A stretch of DNA of 64,000 bases from Anolis carolinensis. Its lineage: Eukaryota. Each line of letters begins with the position of its first letter. Within the stretch, counting starts at the first letter, position 1. Positions 11,462 through 23,467 of the stretch are shown here, piece by piece. The position numbers and the translations under genes are program-made. Under the pieces are notes generated by a model, which did not search any database, was not told where the DNA came from, and saw only the letters and a list, made by a program, of their open reading frames with translations. The stretch covers positions 95,350,024-95,414,023 of the forward strand of contig NC_085845.1 in assembly GCF_035594765.1 (NCBI RefSeq), given 5' to 3'.

Positions 11462-13789
11462 GTAAGGACTTTGATTGTTTTGTATGGCAAGAAATTACTT
11501 GATAAACCTTAATTGTTTATGTTAACAGTTTAATGGACAGTTCAGAAAGCAAAGTTCTGCTGTCCTAGAAATCTGATACATATTTATTTTCTTTGTTAAT
11601 AACACAATGGTAAAGAAGGTACAGCATGATGCCAATTCAAACTAGGAAGAGTGAACTGCAAGGTTTATCCAATTCATTAAATTATGGATTTAGTCATTTC
11701 ATCACACATTTAATTTATTCATTTTGTTTATGAAATTCTCCAGCAGTTTGTAATACACATACTTCCATCAAAGAAGTGATGCTAGGGAAATGAATCATCT
11801 TCCTCACTTTTTTCCTGTTTTGTATTTATATGAAGACAGGATAAGAAATTCATGATGTGGTCTAAGACTATGTTAAGGGACTCATCTAATTTTATCATAT
11901 TCTGGTCATAGTACTGAGAGAGACACTGCAAACTAGATAAAGTCTCATGGTGACAACAGACTGTCTGAGTTAAAAGAATGCAATTTTATGGGTTTTGCGG
12001 CTTTCACTTACTTGTTTGATAGGCCATAAAATGTCTCATCCCTTTTGTATTATAGGTCTTTTTACTCTCCTTTATTTATTTATTTATTTTAGTTATTTAT
12101 CACATTTATATCCCACCCTTCTCACCCGAAGGGACTCAGGGCGGCTTACAACAGTGGCAACCATTAGATGCCCATACAAATCAATATAAAACAGCACATA
12201 AAACAGTTAAAACTATTAAAATACACTGTAAATTAAAATATAAGTTTCAAACATAAAATCAGATCCGTTCATCCTCATGCTTTGTCCATATCCTTTCCAG
12301 GGATATTGTTATGCATTTCATTATTGTTGATGCTAGGCATGGAAAATAAATGTATATTAATAAAAAAGTTATGATTTTTCCCAAAAAATGTACACTGAGA
12401 CTATCAGCAAAAGATAGATAGACAGACAGACAGACAGATAGATACCCTTTTTCTCATCACAAAAAAAAATTGTGAACACTGAGTTCCCCTTTTTATTCCA
12501 CCTTGTTTCTCAAATTATGCACAAATAAATATAGATATCTAAAATGTATATATTTGAAAAATGAACACTCATGCATTTTTGTGCATGGGGAGGTGGGTAC
12601 ATGAAGTAAAGTGAGTAAAATATGCATACATGATGTTTTCTGCATATGTTTTCTGTGGAAGAAATAGCAATTTCACAGACTTAAATAAAGCTGGCACTAG
12701 GATGAAAATACTAGTGTGATTTTGAGAAGCACCACAAAAATCAAACTGACAGATTTCCATATCTTAAAAAAATCATAATAAGGAGCAAAATACTGATTTA
12801 GTATTTTATATCAAGTAAACACTGATACAAAGATTTGAGAATTACTGCTAGTAAATTTAAAATAAAATCTATGCCAATAAAGCTATACAGTTGTCCCTCC
12901 ATATTTGCAAGTTTAATCTAAATGGATTTGATCATTCATAGATTAATTGCTGCAACCCTAAGCCATTTAAGAATAACACTGTGGTCCATCTTGAGCTTTT
13001 GTTCAGTTTGTGATCTTATCACATTGGCATATGGATTTGCCATGCATCATGGCAATCCGTGGGGTCCCAGCAGGGGGAAGGAGAACCCATCACCCCACAC
13101 CACACATCTACTGGCCAGAAGTAGATATGTATCGTGTAATCTCTGTTTGTGAAAGGGGAGAGCAATCAGCATACGATGGGTAAATAGCTCCACATGTCGA
13201 GGTTGTATGTCAGGCTTAGTCAGCAGCCAAATCTTTATACTGCTTTGAGTCCCATAGGTGGAAGAAAAGTGGGATAAAAGGAAATAAGTAAACAACAACA
13301 ACAATCACCAAGAAAAAGTCAAATTGGCAGGGTTGATGGATCCAGCTATGCAAGTGTACCCTTGTTCACTCATTCACTCACTTGTATAGACAGAAAGGCA
13401 GGTGAAGTTAGGAAAAGGGATGGGACAAAGGAGCATGAGGAGGGAAGCATGCATACATTCATTACCTTGCTCGCTCACTCAAGAGGGTGATTGGGTGGGT
13501 TGGGCATGCGATGAGGAGAGCTTGAGGAGGGAGGGTAGATCTTGTGCAGATCTCCAAGGAAGACAGAAGGTGTAGAACAGGGAGAGGAGAAGGAGAGAGC
13601 CAAAACAGGAGGGCAGTAGCAGCAGGAGTACAAGGGCAGCAGGAAGGGCCTTAGTTGCTCATACAACAGTGGCACTCCTTCAGTATGTCCTAGAGACCTA
13701 TGCACTCTTCTCCTTCCATTCTCCCTCTCCTCTATCCCAGCCCCTTTCCTCCTGCCCACCCAAGAGAGTGTGGGAAGAAATGTGTACAC

Positions 13790-14766
13790 CTCCGTCCTGG
13801 GCCCGGTTCTGTTCAACATCTTTATTAACGACTTAGACGAAGGGTTAGAAGGCACGATCATCAAGTTTGCAGACGACACAAAACTGGGAGGGATAGCTAA
13901 CACTCCAGAAGACAGGAGCAGAATTCAAAACGATCTTGACAGACTAGAGAGATGGGCCGAAACTAACAAAATGAAGTTCAACAGGGACAAATGCAAGATA
14001 CTTCACTTCGGCAGAAAAAATGGAAATCAAAGATACAGAATGGGGGACGCCTGGCTTGACAGCAGTGTGTGCGAAAAAGACCTTGGAGTCCTTGTGGACA
14101 ACAAGTTAAACATGAGCCAACAATGTGATGCGGCTGCTAAAAAAGCCAATGGGATTTTGGCCTGCATCAATAGGGGAATAGCGTCTAGATCCAGGGAAGT
14201 TATGCTCCCCCTCTATTCTGCCTTGGTCAGACCACACCTGGAATACTGTGTCCAATTTTGGGCACCACAGTTGAAGGGAGATGTTGACAAGCTGGAAAGC
14301 GTCCAGAGGAGGGCGACTAAAATAATTAAGGGTCTGGAGAACAAGCCCTATGAGGAGCGGCTTAAAGAGCTGGGCATGTTTAGCCTGCAGAAGAGAAGGC
14401 TGAGAGGAGACATGATAGCCATATACAAATACGTGAAGGGAAGTCAAAGGGAGGAGGGAGCAAGCTTGTTTTCTGCTGCCCTGCAGACTAGGACACGGAA
14501 CAATGGCTTCAAACTACAGGAAAGGAGATTCCACTTGAACATCAGGAAGAACTTCCTCACTGTGAGAGCTGTTCGACAGTGGAACTCTCTCCCCGGGGCC
14601 GTGGTGGAGGCTCCTTCTTTGGAGGCTTTTAAGCAGAGGCTGGATGGCCATCTGTCGGGGGTGCTTTGAATGCGATTTCCTGCTTCTTAGCAGGGGGTTG
14701 GACTGGATGGCCCATGTGGTCTCTTCCAACTCTCTACTATTCTATGATTCTATGATTCTATGATTC
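13790..14766 (+). mobile_element. Young 5'-truncated CR1 LINE (RT C-terminal half and 3'UTR)
   Basis: Uninterrupted [18 protein letters not shown]...KFADDTKL...[13 protein letters not shown] to a stop at 14669, then an (ATTCTATG)n tail. Confidence 0.96.
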
Positions 14767-15077
14767 CCTTTTACCATTCCCAAGTGAGTGAGTGAATTTG
14801 GCTTGTCATGAAAACAAGGATTGGTGATAAAGCTTCAGTTAAGACACCTTTTCCCTATAAAAACTCTTTCAAGAGGGAATTTCCATGCCAAGGGATAGAC
14901 TTCTCTCACTTCTTGTTGTCTCACTACCATTTTAAAGATTCATTCTTTGCCCAACACCACTGTTTCCGCATAGGCAGAGGGTGGGGGCAGGTGGGCACAT
15001 GGGAAATAGTATGCAAAAAATTGAATTGTACTACCTATAAATATACAGACAGTCTCCGAGTTACAAACATCCAACTT

Positions 15078-15172
15078 AGAATCATAGAATCATAGAATAG
15101 TAGAGTTGGAAGAGACCTCATAGGCCATCCAGTCCAACCCCCTGCCAAGAAGCAGGAAATCGCATTCAAAGC
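15078..15172 (-). mobile_element. CR1 3' end fragment
   Basis: (CATAGAAT)n plus the reverse complement of ~14662-14766. Confidence 0.9.
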
Positions 15173-15415
15173 AAACGGTATGTTAAATGGTTGAATTTAA
15201 CTACATTTTAAAAATTCTAACTTGTGTATGTACTTTAAAATCATAAACTGACTTGGAAATGGAATTAAGAAAACCATGCTAAACTGATATAGACCAGAAA
15301 CTGACTGGTCATACCTCTTTTTCTATCTAGCAATGTTTTGTGTTTCATTTTGAGTTTTGCTTGGGTTTTTTGTTTGTTTGTTTTTCATGGCTCAGTTTCA
15401 TGCAATAACAGACAA

Positions 15416-15553
15416 GGTTGTTGTATGTCTTTCGGGTTGTGTGGCCATGTTCCAGAAGTATTCTCTCCTGACGTTTCGCCCACATCTATGGCAGGCATCC
15501 TCAGAAGACATACAACAACCCTGTGATCCCTGCCATGAAAGCCTTCGACAACA
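15416..15553. mobile_element. Short Penelope-like insertion with inverted pLTR piece
   Basis: Perfect 13-bp TSD CAATAACAGACAA (15403-15415 / 15554-15566); internal inverted repeat ggttgttgtatgtctt / aagacatacaacaacc; hammerhead motif. Confidence 0.8.
15466..15508 (-). ncRNA. Minimal type I hammerhead ribozyme motif (Penelope type)
   Basis: Minus strand reads ucuu-CUGAGGA-u-GCCUGC-cauagau-GUGGGC-GAAA-c-GUC-agga. Confidence 0.75.
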
Positions 15554-15643
15554 CAATAACAGACAAACTGGAAGTAGTGGAAAGTTGTATTTTAGCTTCC
15601 TATCTCTTAATAATTTTGTTTGTGACAGGGTCATTTTCTCACT

Positions 15644-15805
15644 TCATCACACTAGAGAAAAATCCATTCTGCCTCCTGCAGAATTCTGGGGTTTGTAGTT
15701 TAGTGAGGCTGTTAAAGGCTCTTCCCTAAATTACAAACCCCAGAATTCTGCAGGAAGCAGAAAACGGATTTTAAGTGGATTTTTTTCTCTAGTGTGATGA
15801 GGCCC
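15644..15805. mobile_element. Palindromic MITE
   Basis: tcatcacactagagaaaaa / ttttttctctagtgtgatga, plus inner IR ctgcagaattctggggtttgta / tacaaaccccagaattctgcag. Confidence 0.75.
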
Positions 15806-17477
15806 CTAGAATTTTAGACAGCGGAAAAAATTAACATACGAAAACTAGAAAGGCAACAGAGACAGTCACAAAGACTGACTAAAATAGTACTAAACTATTC
15901 AAACTGAAAGACTCTAGAATCAATTGTGAGTCATTTTATGACTCTTTATTAAAACATTACTGTTACACAAATGAGAAGCAGTGGAATGCACGAGCATTTA
16001 CGATTGCATGGGTAGTTCCGGTAATTGGCTAGATGCCTGCTAACCTCATGCCAATTCTTTCAAATTGGAGAAGACAAAATAAACAATATGTTTAGTATTT
16101 TTTGTTAATTTTTTACCTAGGATAAAGCCCATTGTCCAATTTCAGACATAGCTTTTTCCAAAAAGGAATAGGAACAGAATGGTTAAAACAATCTTAAAAT
16201 GGACTAACTTGACTATAGGGATGGAAAATGTATTTAAGCTAGGGAGTTATAAGCAAATATGTTGGGCCTGTATGCCACCAATCGGTCAAAGCAGTGTGAC
16301 TATAGCTATTTACAGAAGTGGTGCAGGCACCCAGCTGCTTTCATATGGTCCTTGACCTGATCTCTCAAATTCCTTCTCTATATTTCAGTCTCTCAAGCAT
16401 ACATACATACATGCATGCAGAGAGAGAGGGGGGAGATTGCTTCCTTAAAAATTAATCTCCCAGTTTTTATACACCCTCATTTCTACAGGGATTTTTGCAG
16501 CCTGGTTGCAATTGAAACATTTTTCAAGGTAGCATCCTACAGCTAGGAATGGCTGGAAAGCTTATCCCATCCAATACTGGAACCCCAGACACACACACAC
16601 AAAAACATATACAAAATCCCCTTCATGCCACCATTAGATTGTTTGTAAAATGTAAAATAACACTACAATTATACTTTTTTAAAGTTTCCACTAGTGTTCA
16701 TTGTAGCAGGGTTATTTTTAAATCACAGCAATGGAAAGGGTTAGCCTTCCTCTGCCCAGTAGCAATATCCACCCCCACTAAATTAATATATAGGAGTATA
16801 GTAGGGGAAATCTCTTACCTCTAATTAGCTAATTAGTTTTAATTTAGAGATTTTCATGTCTAAAGGGAAATGATTTGAAAGAATACAGAGGATGGCATTT
16901 GGAGAGTTATGGCAGAATTAAATGAGAGGTTGGCGGGCCAGATGGGACCCCTATGCACACGTTGTTGTTGTTGTTGTGGCTGCTGCTGCTGCTGTTGTTA
17001 TATTTATATATAACTAAACACGCAGATGTCTATAATCTACAGTGAAACATATCAAGGAAAGTATGGTATATAATATGTAAGTACTATGTTAGTAATGTAA
17101 TATTATCTTCTATATAAGCAACTTTTAGTGGCACTTGTTATACAAGCTGCAAAAGAAGGGGATTATGGTGTTGTACTAATATCAATTTAAACTGGATTTG
17201 AATAGAAACAGTGGTAGATCATAGCCCCATCCCTATGGAACCTTTTGAGTCTACTGGTAGTATATATTGCAACGAATACTTTACTTAAGGTATCCAATAC
17301 TTGTATTCTCATTCATTACATTAGTATAGTTCTTAACATAAAGGAATACACTTGGCAACACTTACAAAGGTATTATGGAAAAACTCTTCCTGTTACTAGT
17401 TTCAGTGCCAGTTATGTCAAATGGAATAAAAACCAGACAAAGTCTTATTGTCGACTTAATAACAATCAAAATTATTA

Positions 17478-17800
17478 CAGTAGAGTCTCACTTATCCAAG
17501 CCTCGCTTATCCAAGTTTCTGGATTATCCAAGCCATTTTTGTAGTCAATGTTTTCAATATATCATGATATTTTGGTGCTAAATTTGTAAATACAGTGATT
17601 ACAACATAACATTACTGGGTATTGAACTGCTTTTTCTGTCAAATTTGTTGTAAAACATGATGTTTTGGTGCTTAATTTGTAAAATCATAACCTAATTTTA
17701 TGTTTAATAGGCTCTTCCTTAATCCCTCCTTATTATCCAAGATATTCACTTATCCAAGCTTCTGCCGGCCCGTTTAGCTTGGATAAGTGAGACTCTACTG
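17478..17800. mobile_element. Tc1/mariner-type MITE, 323 bp
   Basis: TIR CAGTAGAGTCTCACTTATCCAA, TA TSD. Confidence 0.92.
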
Positions 17801-18964
17801 TATTTATATATACCCTGCTATATCTCCTCAAAGGGGACTCAAAGCACCTTGACATAAAAACATTAATATATAATTTAAAATATACAAAAATGCAAATATT
17901 AAAATAGAATTAAACACAAGCAGGATTAAAAATTCACCATTAAAATTAATCAAAACCATTAAAAATCAAAACAAATAGTTAAAAACTACACACATCCGAT
18001 GGACAGCACTATCCCCATCATAGTTTTTAAAATGGCAACCTTTACACCAATACAGGATTTTTTTTTCTTTAAAGCCTCAGAATACGAGACAAAATTATAT
18101 GGAGTCTTTACACACTGAGCAGAAATTTTGTCACGGTTGACCAGAGGTGAAATAGTTGAGAAACCAGGGGTTAGCTGAAATGACCAAAAGAAGAGAGAGC
18201 TTTCAAATTGTGTGGAATCAAATAACGGGGATTTATATGGTGTTCAAACTGTTCCAGTATTATATCCATACTTCCAGTTGTGGCTGACACAAGAAGAAAA
18301 ATGTGTAATTAGATCTGAACAATAGGAAAAATCCAGATCTGTCCCAGAAGTAAATGCTCTCTACAGGAAGAAAAAGATACAAGGAGCTGCTATAAAAATG
18401 GCTCAGAAGCCTTGCAGACTTATGTCTCAGGTTTCCTAGATCTTTAAAGTTTTTGATAGTATGAATCTGAATTTGCAATTGATATTTCAAACTGGTAAAG
18501 GAACAGAACTGCAAATGGCTGAAATCCCAGCAGAAATTGGCCAACTAGACTTACTAGAAATTATTAATAATTTGCTTTAATTATAGTAGCACGCTGAGAG
18601 AACATTAGTCTCTTTAATTTGTTGGTTGAAGCATTGGACTGGGCAAAAGTCATGAATTTCTGGGCAAAAGACTAAATTGCACTCACTAAAATGTGGAAAC
18701 TGGCAGAAATTGATAGAATTCAGATTTTAAATTGATAAACAAAATAGAAATGGCAACAGGAAGCTGTGAGACATTTTGAAGATACAGCAACTATAGTGGT
18801 GAAATGTAAAGGTTATCTAAGGCCCTAATATACTATATACACCCATATATAAATCAACCTCAGTTATAAATCAAAGGCAGATTTGGAAGCCAAAATATGA
18901 ATTTTGATAATCACCCATGGATAAGTCAAGCATTCTGCAGAGAAAAAGGTGCCAGTGGCACATC

Positions 18965-19007
<43 letters not shown>

Positions 19008-19395
19008 ACTTTATTTATATTCCGCCCTTCTCCCTGAAGGGACTCAGAGTAGATATAAAGCAGACAAAGGCAAACATTCAATGCTTTATTTACAATCACA
19101 TACAATGAGACACACAACACAGACAAAGGCAAATATTTCTCCTTTCATTTCCGGCTTTGGAGGCGGTGCTCATCTCTGGTTCTGGGAGGTGCTCTTCTCC
19201 ATTTTCAAGCTGAGGAGCCTGCGTTATTACCTCCTGCATTACATTTGCATGTTTTCTAACTGCTAGTTTGGCAGAAGCTGGAGCTAACAGTGGGAGCTCA
19301 CCCCATCCTGTGGATTCAAACTGCCAACCTTCCGACCTTCAGGTCAGCAGGTCAGAAGTTCAGCAGCACAAGGGTTTAACCCATTGCTCTACCAC
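18965..19395 (-). mobile_element. tRNA-derived SINE with Sauria-like 5' body, LINE2-like tail and (TTA)n
   Basis: Head and body similar to Sauria SINE copies; 3' end similar to SINE2 copies. Confidence 0.65.
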
Positions 19396-20002
19396 GTGAC
19401 CAGTAACCCCTTATTGGCATCATTTCCCCACCCATACATTCAAAAAGAAGTGATACTGCAGCAGATGCTTCTTTTAGATCATCATGGAATGGATTAAGTT
19501 CTCTCTTTTCACCACTCTACCCAGAGAAGGGGAATTTTTCAAATGGGAATAAAAGTACCACACTTAAGACTGATTCATGGTTAAGCTGATCTAGTATTTT
19601 TGGGTCAATGTTTTAACTAAAATGTGTACACAATGTATACAGTAACTAAATGTAGTGTTAAACACTGATTTGAAAAAGTACACTTAAAACTGCTGCTTTT
19701 ATTTTTAAAACAAGGCATTGATTAGGAGAGGAGATTGTCATACAGAACAACGTACATAACCGAGAGAAAGTGTAAGACATACATCTCTTTTCTACTCACT
19801 TGGCTGCCATCCTACTGAGCTCTGCTCATGATTATTCAATCTAGTTAATCAATCACGACAATTCTCTCAGCTTTAGTGCCCTTGGTTTTGACCTATTTTA
19901 ATGCAGCAAAATACACCACAATGCATTTTAGACATTAAAAGAATTCTACATAGAAAAAATGATCTATCATTACAAAATTAACAGAACAATATTTTGCATA
20001 TA

Positions 20003-20325
20003 CAGTAGAGTCTCACTTATCCAACGTAAACGGGCCGGCAGAATGTTGGATAAGCAAATACATTGGATAATAAGGACAGATTAAGGAAAAGCCTATTAAA
20101 CATTAAATTAGGTTATGATTTTATAAATTAAGCACCAAAACATCATGTTATAAAACAAATTTAACAGAAAAAGTAGTTCAATACACAGTAATGCTATGTA
20201 GTAATTACTGTATTTACGAATTTAGCACCAAAATATCATGATGTATTGAAAACATTGACTACAAAAATGCATTGGATAATCCAGAACGTTGGATAAGCGA
20301 GTGTTGGATAAGTGAGACTCTACTG
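20003..20325. mobile_element. Tc1/mariner-type MITE, 323 bp, inverted relative to 17478-17800
   Basis: Same TIRs and TA TSD; internal sequence is the reverse complement. Confidence 0.92.
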
Positions 20326-21261
20326 TAATGCCAGTGTTTATTTTACAGACTTTTCTTTTTTCTAAGACTTTCATTTTTTTATGATCTGGCAAAAGAAAGT
20401 GCTCATTTTATTTAATTAAGTCTTCTTTCTCTTTTCTGCATGTTTAAGCAGAGCATTTTACACGTTTTCTGTGTTAGTCAAGGTCTGCATGCCATGTCAT
20501 TCTCTAAACCAAATGCCACCCAGCAACTATGCATGGTGTGAATCCCTAGAAGACTTTTATGAATTTGCTGTTAGAAACAAGGAATAAATATCAAAGCTTG
20601 GAAACATGGGAACTAGACTGACCCAACCACTAGCCCTCCAAAAGTAACTTTTCCAAACTGTGGTCTATAGCAAGAGTCATTCTTGCCAATGACAAAACAG
20701 ATGCATCTGGAAACTCCACAATTAAGAATGACAGGAATAGCCTTCCTCTCACTGTTTGCCACTACCTTATAGTATTAACAATACAGTGTGTTGGAACAAT
20801 GAAGTATCAATTTACCTGGCTAAGAACAACTGACAGATGAATCATTTACTAATTTATGTAATTATCTTTTAAAACCAACTGAGATGCTGACAAATGCTAA
20901 ATATGATACTGAATTTACTTGCTGCATGAAGGAGAAAAAAATCTTTGCTTTCCTTCAAGCCATGCATAACTTAATAAGCTTGCATTGTATGCTCTTATAA
21001 TTACGTTGTTTTCCAAACTCAATAGCCCCAAGCAAGTTAGCTTTTAATTATAAAGTGTGCCAGATCATTGATCTTTCTGTTTTTCCCTTTCTGCACTTTT
21101 CCTAGCTCAAGGAAAGTTGGAAACATAATGATTGTAAAACTTCTAGGAGCCTGCAGTATAGGTGAATGAATTGCTGTCGGCTTAGTGGATCAGAAGTTGT
21201 CCTAGCCTGTACCACTCCATTGCTCAGAAATAATTGGAATGTATTTTTTCTTTTGCTGCAG

Positions 21262-23467
21262 ACTAAAGGATCTTCAACTGCAATGTCATCAGGAATGCAA
21301 AAGAAGGTCAAGAGGACTTTGCCCAACCCACCTCCAGAAGATGCTTCAGTAGGAACACAATCGACCTTCTCAACTGTGGGGTCAATATCACGCCGAAGGA
21401 TTTGCCGGAGTAACACCATGGCCAGGGCTAAAATTCTACAGGATATAGACAGAGAACTGGATTTGGTAGAACGAGAGTCTGCTAAGCTCCGGAAAAAGCA
21501 AGCAGAACTAGATGAAGAAGAGAAAGAAATAGATGCAAAACTTCGATATTTAGAAATGGGCATCAATCGACGAAAAGAAGCACTACTAAAAGAAAGAGAA
21601 AAGCGGGAGCGTGCCTACCTTCAGGGAGTAGCAGAGGAGCGTGATTATATGTCAGACAGTGAAGTTAGTAGTACAAGGCCTACCAGGATAGAGGCTCAGC
21701 ATGGCTTGGAAAGACCACGAACTGCACCACAAACAGAATTTGACCAGTTTATACCACCACAAACTGAACCAGAAAGTCAGTTTGCAACTCCTACAAGTCC
21801 TTATACTCAATATCAGTACTCTTCACCTGCCCTTCCTACCCAAGCCCCAACTCCGTACACCCAGCCATCACATTATCAGCAGCAACAGCCTTTATATCAA
21901 CAGCAGGTTTCTCCTTACCAAACACAGTCAGCATTCCAAACTGTTGCAACCCTGTCTTTCACACCCCAGGTTCAGCCACCACCAACCCCACAACCTTCAT
22001 ATCCACTATCTTCACAATTGATGGTGATCCCACAAAAAACAAGGCAAAGTTCATTGTATCTGGAGCCCAAGATAACCACAAATTATGATGTGATTCGTAA
22101 TCAGCCTCTCATGATAGCACCTGCATCATCTGATAACACATATGCAGTATCCCATTTGGGTAGCAAATACAGCACCTTAGACCTACGGCTCGGACTGGAT
22201 GAGAGAAGCAGCATGGCCAGTAGTCCCATCTCTAGTATATCTGGTGACTCATTCTATGCTGATATTGACCACCACACAGCCCGCAATTTTGTGCTAATAG
22301 ATGACATTGGGGATCTTGGTAAAGGAACATCAGCTCTGAGCTCTGCTTATAGCCTGCATGAGAAGGATCTGAGCAAGACTGATAGGCTTCTTCGAACCAG
22401 TGAAGCTCGGAGAGTGCAAGACGTCTCGGATTTCCTTGCACCACTTCAAACGTCTTCCCGCTTGCACAGCTACATGAAAGCAGACGAAGACCCAATGGAA
22501 GACCCTTATGAACTTAAGCTCCTAAAGCATCAGATCAAGCAGGAATTCCGTAGGGGTGCTGAAAGTCTGGACCATCTGGCAGGTCTGTCACAATATTATC
22601 ATGGAGATACTAGCTACAGACATTTCCCCAAATCTGAGAAATATAGTATAAGCAGGCTTACATTAGAGAAACAAGCTGCCAAACAGCTCCCAGCAGCCCT
22701 TCTTTACCAGAAGCAGTCAAAGCATAAGAAGGCCTTGCTAGATCCCAAATTATCTAAATTTTCACCTATTCAGGAAAGCAGAGACCTTGAACTTGATTAT
22801 TCAACCTACTTGACTTCAAGCACATCATCACTTGGGGGCATCACCTCCAGAGCAAGGCTTCTCCAGGATGATATAACATTTGGCCTCCGAAAAAACATCA
22901 CAGACCAACAGAAGTATATGGGGCCCACATTATCACATTCCCTGGGTACAAGCCTTGGGGCTGCATTGAGTACCTCAATGAGATCCACATTACAAGATGA
23001 GGTTGACAAACCTTACAGCAGTGGTAGCAGATCTAGGCCATCCTCTCGGCCATCGTCAGTCTATGGGCTTGACTTGTCACTAAAGAGGGATTCTTCAAGC
23101 TCATCTTTAAGACTGAAAACCCAAGAACCTGAACCACTAGATGTTTCCTTCAGTCATGCAGCCCCCTCTGGGAGAACAAAACCTACCAGTTTACCTATCA
23201 GTCAGAGTAGGGGAAGAATTCCAATAGTGGCACAGAACTCAGAAGAAGAAAGTCCGTTAAGTCCTGTGGGCCAACCAATGGGGATGGCAAGAGCAGCAGC
23301 TGGGCCATTGCCACCTATATCAGCAGATACTAGAGACCAGTTTGGATCAAGCCATTCATTGCCTGAAGTCCAACAGCATATGAGGGAAGAATCACGAGCT
23401 CGTGGCTATGACCGGGATATAGCCTTCATCATGGATGACTTCCAGCATGCCATGTCAGATAGTGAAG
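21262..23467 (+). CDS. PCLO: Piccolo exon (~exon 7, 2206 nt) with coiled coil CC3
   Basis: Acceptor ttttgctgcag|ACT and donor GAAG|gtaaac (phase 1). Encodes [13 protein letters not shown]...[28 protein letters not shown]...HAMSDSE. Confidence 0.97.

Noticed and set aside
11462-11512. Read-through after exon 6 ([16 protein letters not shown])
   Set aside because: Strong GTAAGG donor, long TE-rich intron and no supporting features.
13770-14669. Domesticated reverse-transcriptase gene
   Set aside because: An ordinary 5'-truncated young CR1; the open frame reflects recent insertion.
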